Shown here: positions 9,139 to 17,955 of the stretch, one piece after another
Position numbering within the stretch: position 1 is the first letter of the stretch
How the letters are laid out: each line of letters begins with the position of its first letter
Virus record (IMG/VR): IMGVR_UViG_3300025652_000061
Location: 878 to 64,877 of that record
Origin: a virus
Taxonomy: Duplodnaviria > Caudoviricetes
Length of the DNA: 64,000 nucleotides
Strand: one strand, 5' to 3'
Translations under genes and position numbers: made by a program
Notes under the pieces: generated by a model
What the model was told of the DNA's origin: nothing
The model's database searches: none
Seen by the model: only the letters and a program-made list of their open reading frames with translations

Positions 9139-10039
9139 ATTTCCCGACCTACTCATCAACCCGAACCCTAACGCTCCTACTCTGGACGCTTCGGGGAATC
9201 AAGTTCGTGGAATCAATATCTTTGAGACTACGGCAGAGCGTGATGCGCTAAACATTACGGTTCGTATCCCCGGTGCCTTGGCTGTCATTAAGGGCAGTGA
9301 CGAGCTGTATCAGTATACGGCCTCTACTGTTGACGACACGGCTTGGCAAAACGCCTCTAACTGGTTGGGCGTTGGTTCTGCCGGCGGTTCTGGTGTACAG
9401 AACCTGAACAACCTAGACGGCAACCTTACTCTTGTCGGTGCCGGCGGTATTACGATTACTGACGATGGCAGCAGCACTATTACTGTTACTGGCGCCTCCG
9501 GCGGCGTTACAGACATTGACGGTGAGACCGGCTCTATTAATCTCACTGCCGGTGACGGCATTGAGGTTGATGTCGTTACTGGCACTGGAGAAATTCAGAT
9601 TAGTTCCACTGGCGGAAGCACTGAGGGCATTGACCTTTCTTTTGTCGTTCGTGACACCGCATACGCGAGTGACCAAGACCACGAAGGAACCGTATTCACC
9701 TTTGGTCTTACTGGCTCATTAGCGGTTGGTGTTTATCAGTATAATGGCACTACATGGAGCGCAGCTAGTAATGCGGCACCTTCCTCCGCTAAGGGGCTAT
9801 TGGGAATTGGACTGGGTAGCGCGGGCCTCTTACAGAGCGGGATATTTTGTTTGACTGTCGCCGCTCCTTTTACTGCTGGCGATGTACTGTATCTCGGTGC
9901 CGGTGGCAGTATTATTAATGACATCAGCGGCCTCACCCAAGGTGAAGTCGTGCGTGTTATTGGCACCTACCTAGGGCAGGATGGCAGTGTATACAAGACT
10001 TATTTTAATCCGAGTCCAGACTGGATTGAGATTGCGTAA
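9131..10039 (+). CDS. Putative virion structural/fibre protein
   Basis: GVxxxxxxxGxxxLxxxxGI repeats; FNPSPDWIEIA C-terminus. Confidence 0.75.
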   Translation: MAEFPDLLINPNPNAPTLDASGNQVRGINIFETTAERDALNITVRIPGALAVIKGSDELYQYTASTVDDTAWQNASNWLGVGSAGGSGVQNLNNLDGNLTLVGAGGITITDDGSSTITVTGASGGVTDIDGETGSINLTAGDGIEVDVVTGTGEIQISSTGGSTEGIDLSFVVRDTAYASDQDHEGTVFTFGLTGSLAVGVYQYNGTTWSAASNAAPSSAKGLLGIGLGSAGLLQSGIFCLTVAAPFTAGDVLYLGAGGSIINDISGLTQGEVVRVIGTYLGQDGSVYKTYFNPSPDWIEIA

Positions 10040-11181
10040 TGCCGGGGCTCAAGAAGTTTTCTAATGTAGATGTCACTGACATTGAAGGTGTGTCTTCGGT
10101 ATCGAGTATCGCGGGGATTAGTGGTGTTCAACTTTTAGGTTCACCATTAATTCTTCGGTTGACAATTGCCAATGATGGAGACGAGTGGGACCCTACAGTT
10201 AGAATGAATTCCGGCACTGGAGTTATTGATTGGGGAGATGGGAGCCCTACTGAATCGGTTAGCACAGCCGGCGTTCCTCCTCATACGTACGCTACTGCCG
10301 GGACATACGATGTAACGCTGACCCCTTTCACAGGTTCTCAAACCCGTACGGTTGGTTTGTCTAACTTTGACACTCCGGACACACAAATCACAGAGGTCCT
10401 TGCTTTTGGAGACTGTGGACGTGTAGGATTTAGGAGGTGGACTTCTCTTGTTACAATCCCTCTCAATGGTTATTTAGACCTAACGGGGATTGAATTTTTT
10501 CAGAACGATACTTTTAGGGATTGTTCCTCTTTTGTTGGGCCAACAAGCATGTCGGGCTACGCGTCTTTGGATGCGTTTTCTTCTCTTGGGGGAGTCTTTC
10601 AAGCGGCGCCTTTATTTAATAGGCCCGGTCTTAATGATTTAGACACCTCCTCGGTCACGATTCTTTCTCTAGCGTTTAACGGAGCTTCTGCGTTTAACCA
10701 GCCCCTTAACAGCTGGGTTGTCAGTGGTGTGACGACTATGTTTGGGATGTTTGACGGAGCTTCTGCGTTTGACCAAGACATCAGCGGTTGGGACGTTGGT
10801 CTTGTGGAGAATATGAACGTTATGTTTCGCGGCACCAGCGTGTTCAATCAGGACATCAGTGGTTGGGATGTCAGTAGTGTGACGACTATGGGCAGCATGT
10901 TTTCTAATGCTTCTGCGTTTGACCAAAATCTAGGAGCGTGGCAGTTTAAGAATAACGCGGATGCTAATAACTTCTTTAAAGGTTCCGGCATTAGCGATGC
11001 GAATTTAGCGTTGTGTCTAGAGGGCTGGGATAGCGTTGGTCAAGGCACGGGGGTCAATATGTTTAATATGGTAACAAGGACTTTAAGTGAGTCTACCTAT
11101 CCGAACGCGAAGACTGCGTACGACAATCTCATTGCTACCTATAGCTGGGACCTTACCAACTCAATCACTTGGGTAGCATGA
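10039..11181 (+). CDS. BspA/DUF285 repeat protein with PKD-like domain
   Basis: IDWGDG...HTYATAGTYDV; FNQDISGWDVSSVTTMxxMF repeats. Confidence 0.9.
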   Translation: MPGLKKFSNVDVTDIEGVSSVSSIAGISGVQLLGSPLILRLTIANDGDEWDPTVRMNSGTGVIDWGDGSPTESVSTAGVPPHTYATAGTYDVTLTPFTGSQTRTVGLSNFDTPDTQITEVLAFGDCGRVGFRRWTSLVTIPLNGYLDLTGIEFFQNDTFRDCSSFVGPTSMSGYASLDAFSSLGGVFQAAPLFNRPGLNDLDTSSVTILSLAFNGASAFNQPLNSWVVSGVTTMFGMFDGASAFDQDISGWDVGLVENMNVMFRGTSVFNQDISGWDVSSVTTMGSMFSNASAFDQNLGAWQFKNNADANNFFKGSGISDANLALCLEGWDSVGQGTGVNMFNMVTRTLSESTYPNAKTAYDNLIATYSWDLTNSITWVA

Positions 11182-13106
11182 GTTGTATAAAAAAAATATC
11201 TGGAAAGACACTAGCTAACGCCGACTCTATTAACGCGCGATTGGCCGCAGACGTAGAGAATGTAGACGGAGTTCCCTTTTGTTCTGAGTTCTCGTTCAGG
11301 CTAGACACTACTCTTGGCGACGCTTCAAATGATTTTTCTATTCCTCTTCCTTCTACCGTCACTCCTGATTTTGTTGTTCAATGGGGAGATGGAGTTGTAG
11401 AAACTATTACCGATTCTTCTGTCGCTTCTTTAACTCATACGTACTCTTCTTCTGGTCAGTACGACGTTATCATTACAGGTAGTTTGGCGGGCGAATTTGG
11501 GCGAGGTAATACTACTCATATAGAAAAAGTCACTTCAATACTGAGTTGGGGAAGTCCATTTACTCTCCTTTCTAGGCTTCAAAACTTCAGTAACCTGTCG
11601 TCTATTCAGGCAACGGATTATCCGTTAAATATTGTAGGCGCGTTTTTGTTTGCTGGTTGTGACAGCTTAAACGCCGACCTTTCTTTTTGGAACGACAACT
11701 TCGCTGCTGGTTTTGGCGGATTTGAGTCATGCTTTAGCGGCTGTACATCTTTTAATGGAGACGTATCTGGGTGGTCGATAACTGACAATGCGCAGAATAT
11801 GTTTAGGCTTTGCACGTCGTTTAATCAGGACCTTACGATGTGGGACGTCAGTACGGTAACCTCGACGCAGTTTATGTTTTATGATGCTGATGCCTTTGAC
11901 TTCAACAACATTAATGGATGGCAGTTTGCTGACGGGTGTGATGCGTCAGATATGTTTAACAATAGGTATGGAATTGGAACCTATACACAGGCTGAGATAG
12001 CTAAGTTCGCTGACTTATGGGAAAGCTTTGATTTTCCCACTCAAGGGGAAAATGTAAATACAGCCGTGTTTATGACTGACACTAATCAGTTTGAACAAAT
12101 GATTCTTCCCAAGGGGTCTTTTCCTGATGCAGATGTTGCAATCGACAACCTCGTTGCAAAGGGTTGGACTTCAGCAGGTAACATTACTCAACCTACGTTA
12201 AAACTTCTTCTTGACACCTCTTTAGGCGGGAATACTGTCACCTTCCCAAGTACCAGTGGCAACAACCGAATTATCGATTGGGGCGATGGAACTTGGGAAA
12301 GAATAGTTAATACTGCTGACCCGTCACACACATATAGCTCTACTGGTCAGTACACATGTACTATAGCTGTTAGTGGTGGGTCGTTTGTCTTTCAAGCACA
12401 GTTTGCTCCTTACACCGGTGTCTCACAGTTAATTGAGGTGACAGATACTGAGGCCCTAACTAGTAGTGGTTTAGGTTCATCATTTGGGTCGTGTACAAAC
12501 CTCACTTTTATTTCTGATGAGTTTTTGTCCGTCACAACAAGTTTTAGGGACCTTCTGCGCGGCTGCACTTCCTTCAACCAAGACATTAGCGGATGGGACG
12601 TAAGTGGCGCTACAAATATGAATAGTATGTTTTATGATGCTACTTCCTTCAACCAAGACATTAGCGGATGGCAGGTGGGTGGCGTTACAGATATGTCTTC
12701 TATGTTTTTCGGCGCCAGCGCGTTCAACCAAGACATCAGTGGCTGGGATGTGAGTGCTGCTAATACTCTTGGAGCTATGTTTTTTACCGCCACCTCTTTT
12801 GACCAAAGCCTTGGGCCATGGCAGTTTAAAAACAGCGCCAATGCAACCATACTTTTTTTTGCTACATCAATTAGCAATGCAAATGTCGCGAACAGCATTA
12901 TTGGTTGGAATTCTAATCCAAACCAAGGAGTGGGGGTTAATTGGCAGAATCTGACTGACGGAAAAACACTTAGTGAAAGCGCCACCGTTGCTGTAGATGG
13001 TTATGACGGAGCGGCAGGAAAAGCTGCGTATGACAATATAATTTTAGCGACAGGTAGCGGTGGTTTGGGCTGGACTGGAAACCCGAATATTACTTGGGTA
13101 GCGTAA
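11178..13106 (+). CDS. BspA/DUF285 repeat protein with two tandem PKD+DUF285 units
   Basis: Two WGDG...HTY motifs; 25-aa repeats; identical 30-nt DNA repeat at 12567 and 12642. Confidence 0.9.
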   Translation: MSCIKKISGKTLANADSINARLAADVENVDGVPFCSEFSFRLDTTLGDASNDFSIPLPSTVTPDFVVQWGDGVVETITDSSVASLTHTYSSSGQYDVIITGSLAGEFGRGNTTHIEKVTSILSWGSPFTLLSRLQNFSNLSSIQATDYPLNIVGAFLFAGCDSLNADLSFWNDNFAAGFGGFESCFSGCTSFNGDVSGWSITDNAQNMFRLCTSFNQDLTMWDVSTVTSTQFMFYDADAFDFNNINGWQFADGCDASDMFNNRYGIGTYTQAEIAKFADLWESFDFPTQGENVNTAVFMTDTNQFEQMILPKGSFPDADVAIDNLVAKGWTSAGNITQPTLKLLLDTSLGGNTVTFPSTSGNNRIIDWGDGTWERIVNTADPSHTYSSTGQYTCTIAVSGGSFVFQAQFAPYTGVSQLIEVTDTEALTSSGLGSSFGSCTNLTFISDEFLSVTTSFRDLLRGCTSFNQDISGWDVSGATNMNSMFYDATSFNQDISGWQVGGVTDMSSMFFGASAFNQDISGWDVSAANTLGAMFFTATSFDQSLGPWQFKNSANATILFFATSISNANVANSIIGWNSNPNQGVGVNWQNLTDGKTLSESATVAVDGYDGAAGKAAYDNIILATGSGGLGWTGNPNITWVA

Positions 13107-13187
13107 AATGGAGCTGAAGTATATTTACAAGGAGAACGAACACGACCAGTATTGGATTTACTGGGAGAGTCCAGTATACGAGGCGAG

Positions 13188-13391
13188 ATGTCCAGCACCA
13201 TTACCCTATTCGAAATCCTCACTGTCGCAGCGGCACTTGTCGGGATTTACTTCAAGATGCAAACCGAGGTCGGAAAGCTGAAGGGCCGTATCGCTATGTT
13301 GGAGAAGCAAGAGTTGCAGATTATGGGTATGCTGGAAAAGCTCGTCGATGCTGTCGATGAACTCAAAATTCTTGTAGCCCGTCAAAGATGA
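13188..13391 (+). CDS. TM plus coiled-coil lysis-associated protein (holin-like)
   Basis: N-terminal TM helix; ATGA-coupled to the endolysin. Confidence 0.6.
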   Translation: MSSTITLFEILTVAAALVGIYFKMQTEVGKLKGRIAMLEKQELQIMGMLEKLVDAVDELKILVARQR

Positions 13392-13741
13392 AGTACTTCA
13401 CCTACTCCGAGTTCGACAGTCCCGACCTTACCGGCTCGGGTCATGAGATGGAGCCCATCTTCTTGGAGAAGCTGGATTTGGCTCGTGAGTACAGCGGCGT
13501 ACCCTATGTTATCAACTCTGGGTTCCGGACGCCAGAAGCAAATGAAGCGGCGGGGGGAGTACCGGGAAGCAGCCACCTTACGGGCTGGGCGGCGGACATC
13601 CGCACCGACAGTTCCAACCGTAGGTTCCTTGTCTTGAAGGGACTCTTAGCCGTCGGATTCAATCGCATTGGCATAGGGCATAATTTCATCCATGTGGATT
13701 GTGACCCGAGCAAGGCGGGCAGCGTCACTTGGTTGTACTGA
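13388..13741 (+). CDS. Endolysin, peptidase M15A family
   Basis: INSGFRT, SSHLTGWAADI and FIHVD zinc-peptidase motifs. Confidence 0.9.
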   Translation: MKYFTYSEFDSPDLTGSGHEMEPIFLEKLDLAREYSGVPYVINSGFRTPEANEAAGGVPGSSHLTGWAADIRTDSSNRRFLVLKGLLAVGFNRIGIGHNFIHVDCDPSKAGSVTWLY

Positions 13742-13759
13742 ATTGTGTACCTTGGTTCT

Positions 13760-13924
13760 ATGATTGATTTCATTGCAGAGAACTGGGTTCCCCTTACCAT
13801 CGCCATCATGGCGCTCATCAAGGTCGTCGTGAATTTAACTCCTACGGATGCTGACAATGCCGTATTTGGTTATCTCGATATCCTTATTACTGCTATTACT
13901 GGCGACCGCCGTAAGAAGAAGTAA
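13760..13924 (+). CDS. Putative holin (MIDFIAENWVPLTIAIMALIKVVVNLTPTDADN...DRRKKK)
   Basis: 54 aa, two hydrophobic segments, basic C-terminus, follows the endolysin; manual translation. Confidence 0.7.
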   Translation: MIDFIAENWVPLTIAIMALIKVVVNLTPTDADNAVFGYLDILITAITGDRRKKK

Positions 13925-13925
13925 G

Positions 13926-14720
13926 ATGGCTAAGATTAGTAGTGTACCTAGCTACCCGCTAAAGAGCACTCCGGTAGGGGCGGACACGGTTATTGGTACC
14001 GATTCTGAATCCGATGATGCTACTAAGCAGTTTACTGTTCAGGGTATTGTTGACTTGGCTCAAGGGGCTGGTACTATCCCCGACCTTCAGGCGGTATTGT
14101 CTTCGGGCGATACGGCCACGGAGGACATCAACCTTACTGGGGACATTACGTCTACTACACTAACGTCTCCCACAATTACGTCCACATCTCTGATTGCGGG
14201 TAATATCATCCAGTCTTCGGGTGGTATTATTTTATCTTCTGGAACTTTTACTACAGGAGGAAGCAATGGATTTGAAGGTCAAACACTGGTATCTAACGGA
14301 GGCATTAGCCCTAGTTGGGAAGACCTTGTGTTTAAAGTTCAGGTGGAATTGACGCCAGCTCAAATGCTCAACCTCGACACTACCCCCGTACAGATTGTTG
14401 CGGCTCCGGGGTTGTTGAGGAGTATTCAGGTTATTTCTGCGGCACTGCGGTTGCAGTTCAATAGCGTTCAGTATGACTTTCCTGACCCAATTAAGTTGGG
14501 CACCTACACCGGTGTTTCTGAAGAGGGGCAGTTTACGATTAACGCAGGGTCTATTAATGCTAATGGACCGGGATACTTTTGTCTCAACCAGCAAACCGTA
14601 GACAACGCTAGGCTGTCCGAGAACACGGCTCTTGCTCTCTATACGGACAACCCTCCTGCTACAACAAACGGGAACAGCAACTGCTATATGCAGGTAATGT
14701 ACCGCATTGTAACGCTGTGA
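13926..14720 (+). CDS. Putative virion structural protein (MAKISS...GTD...TKQFTV)
   Basis: ATG 13926; LQAVLxxG fibre-type motif. Confidence 0.75.
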   Translation: MAKISSVPSYPLKSTPVGADTVIGTDSESDDATKQFTVQGIVDLAQGAGTIPDLQAVLSSGDTATEDINLTGDITSTTLTSPTITSTSLIAGNIIQSSGGIILSSGTFTTGGSNGFEGQTLVSNGGISPSWEDLVFKVQVELTPAQMLNLDTTPVQIVAAPGLLRSIQVISAALRLQFNSVQYDFPDPIKLGTYTGVSEEGQFTINAGSINANGPGYFCLNQQTVDNARLSENTALALYTDNPPATTNGNSNCYMQVMYRIVTL

Positions 14721-14941
14721 GAGACATCCGCAAGGTTTGCATCGGTCCTGACTACAAGGACTCAATGTGCTACGTGGTGGGACAAGCTGTACTAGGCAAC
14801 TCCCACTTCGTACACTTAATTAAATACAATGAGGATACGGGCAGTATCGTCATATACATTGAGAAGGGAGAGGTGGTCATCCTATGGAAAGAGTTCAATG
14901 GAACCATGCCCATTTCAATAGAATACAATATCAACTTTTGA
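14717..14941 (+). CDS. Conserved hypothetical protein (IRKVCIGPDYKDSMCYVVGQ)
   Basis: GTGA coupling; precedes the packaging block. Confidence 0.8.
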   Translation: MRDIRKVCIGPDYKDSMCYVVGQAVLGNSHFVHLIKYNEDTGSIVIYIEKGEVVILWKEFNGTMPISIEYNINF

Positions 14942-15492
14942 GAGCCGTCAATCAGTTTATAGTCAAGGGAAAGAGATACAACAACACTAAGGGCGACCTC
15001 ATCGTAAGTACGAGCGAGGAAGACCACCGCTTCGCTAACCGTGAGGGCGTGGTTGTGGCCCTACCGGTGGGGTATGACGGACCTATATCTGTTGGGGATA
15101 CCCTACTGGTCCATCACAACGTCTTCAAGTACTACAATGACATGCAGGGCAGGCGCCAAAGCGGGCGCAGCTTTTTGAAGGACGACCTCTTCCTTGTCGA
15201 TTTCGACCAGTTCTACATGTTCCGCTCGTCAACGAGCGCGTGGCAAACCCAAGGGAGGTATTGCTTTGTTGAACCGATACCCCCTAAAGACTCAACGATA
15301 TTCAAGCCTCTTACGGAGGAGCCATTGATGGGTGTTATGAGATATCCTAATGACTATCTTTTGTCTCAGGGCGTAGAGGCTGGCGATGAGGTTACGTTTC
15401 GTCCGGAGAGCGAGTACGAGTTTCAAGTTGACGGAGAGAAGTTGTATAGGATGTTTGACCACCAGATAACATGCAAGATTCAAAGAAGCTAA
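14938..15492 (+). CDS. Tandem GroES-like protein
   Basis: TTG start overlapping TGA; two units (GVVVALP..ISVGDTLLVHHN and GVMRYPN..GVEAGDEVTF..EYEFQVDGEKLYRM). Confidence 0.7.
   Translation: MRAVNQFIVKGKRYNNTKGDLIVSTSEEDHRFANREGVVVALPVGYDGPISVGDTLLVHHNVFKYYNDMQGRRQSGRSFLKDDLFLVDFDQFYMFRSSTSAWQTQGRYCFVEPIPPKDSTIFKPLTEEPLMGVMRYPNDYLLSQGVEAGDEVTFRPESEYEFQVDGEKLYRMFDHQITCKIQRS
15224..15237 (+). repeat. Dispersed palindrome, copy 5
   Basis: Exact match; encodes RSSTS between the two GroES-like units. Confidence 0.95.
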
Positions 15493-15746
15493 AGGAGCGC
15501 ATCATCGCTGCGGGGCGCATCGCTGTTGAAGAGCTCATCAAGGTGGCTCAAGAGGATATCCTTAAGCCGGGCGAAGACGACGACCTCGCAGCGGACAGGC
15601 TAAAGAATGCGGCGGCTACCAAGAAGCTCGCCATCTTCGACGCGCTAGAGATTTTGAGTCGCATCGATTCCGAGGAAGAGGCTTTAGCGGAGACTCCAAA
15701 CAGGACTGATAGTAAAGTGGGTTTTGCAGAGCGAAGGTCTAGATAG
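15471..15746 (+). CDS. Putative terminase small subunit
   Basis: Helical 91-aa protein immediately upstream of TerL; call rests on position only. Confidence 0.55.
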   Translation: MQDSKKLKERIIAAGRIAVEELIKVAQEDILKPGEDDDLAADRLKNAAATKKLAIFDALEILSRIDSEEEALAETPNRTDSKVGFAERRSR

Positions 15747-17955
15747 TCTATACACCACTGTGGTGGGGCACGTATCCAAGGGGGTCGTTGCCAGTAAGAA
15801 CCGTGCTAAGACGTGGCACTACGGCTATAACGAGAAGTACGACATGGTCGTCATCTCTAAGTCGGGGCGGATAGGTGAGGTCATCAATATCAACGGGCTG
15901 TGTATCGCCCTTCCTCCCACTCCCAAAGACTTGCCACAGGGGAAAAACCGATGGGTACGCGAGGAGCTACCTAAGTCGTTAAGCCGCATACAGAACATCT
16001 TCCAGTGGAACGATATGCACAACGCCTTTAAGGCGAACTGGGTGGACTATATCGAAGCGGAATTCGACCGCCGCGAGGACGGTCATTGGTTCATTAACAA
16101 TGGTGTCCCTACCTATATGACTGGTTCCCACTACATGTATTTGCAGTGGACAAGTATCGATGTGGGCTACCCTGACTTCCGTGAGGCGAATAGGATATTC
16201 TTTATCTTCTGGGAGGCGTGTCGTGCCGACTCCCGCAGCTTCGGTATGGCTTACCTTAAGATTCGCCGTTCGGGGTTCTCGTTCATGGGTTCTTCGGAGT
16301 GTGTCAATACGGGTACGCTGGCTAAAGACTCACGGGTTGGGATACTCTCGAAGACAGGTTCGGATGCAAAGAAGATGTTCACGGATAAGGTGGTGCCCAT
16401 TGCTAACCGACTTCCGTTTTTCTTCAAGCCTATACAAGACGGTATGGATAAGCCTAAGACGGAGCTGGCTTTCCGTGTTCCGGCGTCTAAGATTACGAAG
16501 AAGAATATGTACGATATCGAGGCGGAAGAGATTCTCGGCCTCGACACAACTATAGACTGGAAGAACACCGACGATAACTCCTACGACGGAGAGAAACTTC
16601 TCCTGCTGGTACATGACGAAAGTGGGAAGTGGATTAAGCCCAACAACATCCTCAACAACTGGCGCGTCACCAAGACGTGCTTGCGTTTGGGAAGTAAGAT
16701 TATTGGAAAGTGCTTGATGGGTTCCACCTCGAACGCATTGGCTAAGGGAGGTTCCAACTTCAAGAAGCTGTACGAGGACTCTGACCCCGCTATGCGTAAT
16801 GCCAATGGGCAGACCAAGAGCGGTATGTATTCCCTATTCATACCTATGGAATACAACATGGAGGGTTTCATAGACCAGTACGGGCACCCCGTCTTCCATG
16901 CTCAAGAGAAGCCTGTAAAGGGCGTCGATGGTGAGATGATTCGCGGGGGTGCTGTAGACTATTGGCAGGCGGAGGTCGAGAGCTTAAAGAGCGACCCCGA
17001 TGCGCTCAACGAATTCTACCGTCAGTTCCCACGCACGGAGTCCCATGCCTTCCGTGACGAGAGCAAGCAGAGCCTTTTTAACCTCACTAAAATCTACCAG
17101 CAGATAGACTATGCCGACAGCCTAGTCAAGGAGCACTACCTCACGCGGGGGTCTTTCAGTTGGGAGAACGGAATCAAAGACAGCAAAGTAATATTCCGTC
17201 CCGACAAGCGCGGTCGTTTCAATATCTCTTGGTTCCCTAAGACGGGATTACAGAACCGATGGATAGACAAGCGTGGTGTGAAATTCCCTGCCAATGAGCA
17301 CCTTGGTTCTTTTGGATGTGACTCCTACGACATTAGTGGTACTGTGGGTGGCGGCGGTTCTAACGGTGCTCTCCATGGAATGACCAAGTTTCACATGGAT
17401 GACGCTCCCACCAACCAGTTCTTTTTGGAGTATGTCGCCAGACCACAGACGGCAGAGATATTTTTCGAGGAGGTGCTCATGGCATGCGTGTTTTATGGGA
17501 TGCCTATCCTTATTGAGAATAATAAGCCAAGGCTATTGTACCACTTTAAGAACCGGGGGTACCGTGGCTTCTGTATGAATCGCCCCGACAAGCATCTTAA
17601 CAAGCTCTCTAAGACCGAGCGGGAGCTCGGCGGTATCCCCAACAGTTCTGAGGATGTTAAGCAGGCCCATGCCGCAGCTATCGAGAGTTACATAGAGAAG
17701 CACGTAGGCATAGACATGGATGGAACCTTCCGTGAGAACGGTGAGATGGGTGAGATGCCTTTCGTTCGTACCCTCGAGGACTGGGCCCGCTTTGATATCA
17801 GCAACAGGACTGCTTTTGACGCTACTATTAGCAGCGGTCTCGCTGTTATGGCGAACCAAAAGGACCTGTATACGCCTCAACAGAAGAAGAGTTCAATAAG
17901 CATTACCTTGCCTAGGTATACCAATAAGGGTTTCAGGAGCGAACTCAACAGATAA
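15724..17955 (+). CDS. terL: Terminase large subunit
   Basis: Walker A-like KIRRSGFS, Walker B LLLVHDESGK, motif III GSTS, nuclease GCDSYD and DATISS. Confidence 0.92.
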   Translation: MQSEGLDSLYTTVVGHVSKGVVASKNRAKTWHYGYNEKYDMVVISKSGRIGEVININGLCIALPPTPKDLPQGKNRWVREELPKSLSRIQNIFQWNDMHNAFKANWVDYIEAEFDRREDGHWFINNGVPTYMTGSHYMYLQWTSIDVGYPDFREANRIFFIFWEACRADSRSFGMAYLKIRRSGFSFMGSSECVNTGTLAKDSRVGILSKTGSDAKKMFTDKVVPIANRLPFFFKPIQDGMDKPKTELAFRVPASKITKKNMYDIEAEEILGLDTTIDWKNTDDNSYDGEKLLLLVHDESGKWIKPNNILNNWRVTKTCLRLGSKIIGKCLMGSTSNALAKGGSNFKKLYEDSDPAMRNANGQTKSGMYSLFIPMEYNMEGFIDQYGHPVFHAQEKPVKGVDGEMIRGGAVDYWQAEVESLKSDPDALNEFYRQFPRTESHAFRDESKQSLFNLTKIYQQIDYADSLVKEHYLTRGSFSWENGIKDSKVIFRPDKRGRFNISWFPKTGLQNRWIDKRGVKFPANEHLGSFGCDSYDISGTVGGGGSNGALHGMTKFHMDDAPTNQFFLEYVARPQTAEIFFEEVLMACVFYGMPILIENNKPRLLYHFKNRGYRGFCMNRPDKHLNKLSKTERELGGIPNSSEDVKQAHAAAIESYIEKHVGIDMDGTFRENGEMGEMPFVRTLEDWARFDISNRTAFDATISSGLAVMANQKDLYTPQQKKSSISITLPRYTNKGFRSELNR

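Noticed and set aside
10600-12830. DUF285 DNA repeats as the TR/VR pair of a diversity-generating retroelement
   Set aside because: No reverse transcriptase in the window; differences are not confined to adenines; the 75-nt period matches the protein repeat
13108-13283. Small ORF MELKYIYKENEHDQYWIYW...
   Set aside because: Overlaps the TM gene extensively and has no recognisable motif; the region may only hold a TATATTTA promoter box
13848-13925. Signal-peptide-like N-terminal extension of the 13848 ORF
   Set aside because: It is the alternative frame of the holin-like gene; ATG 13926 is the better start
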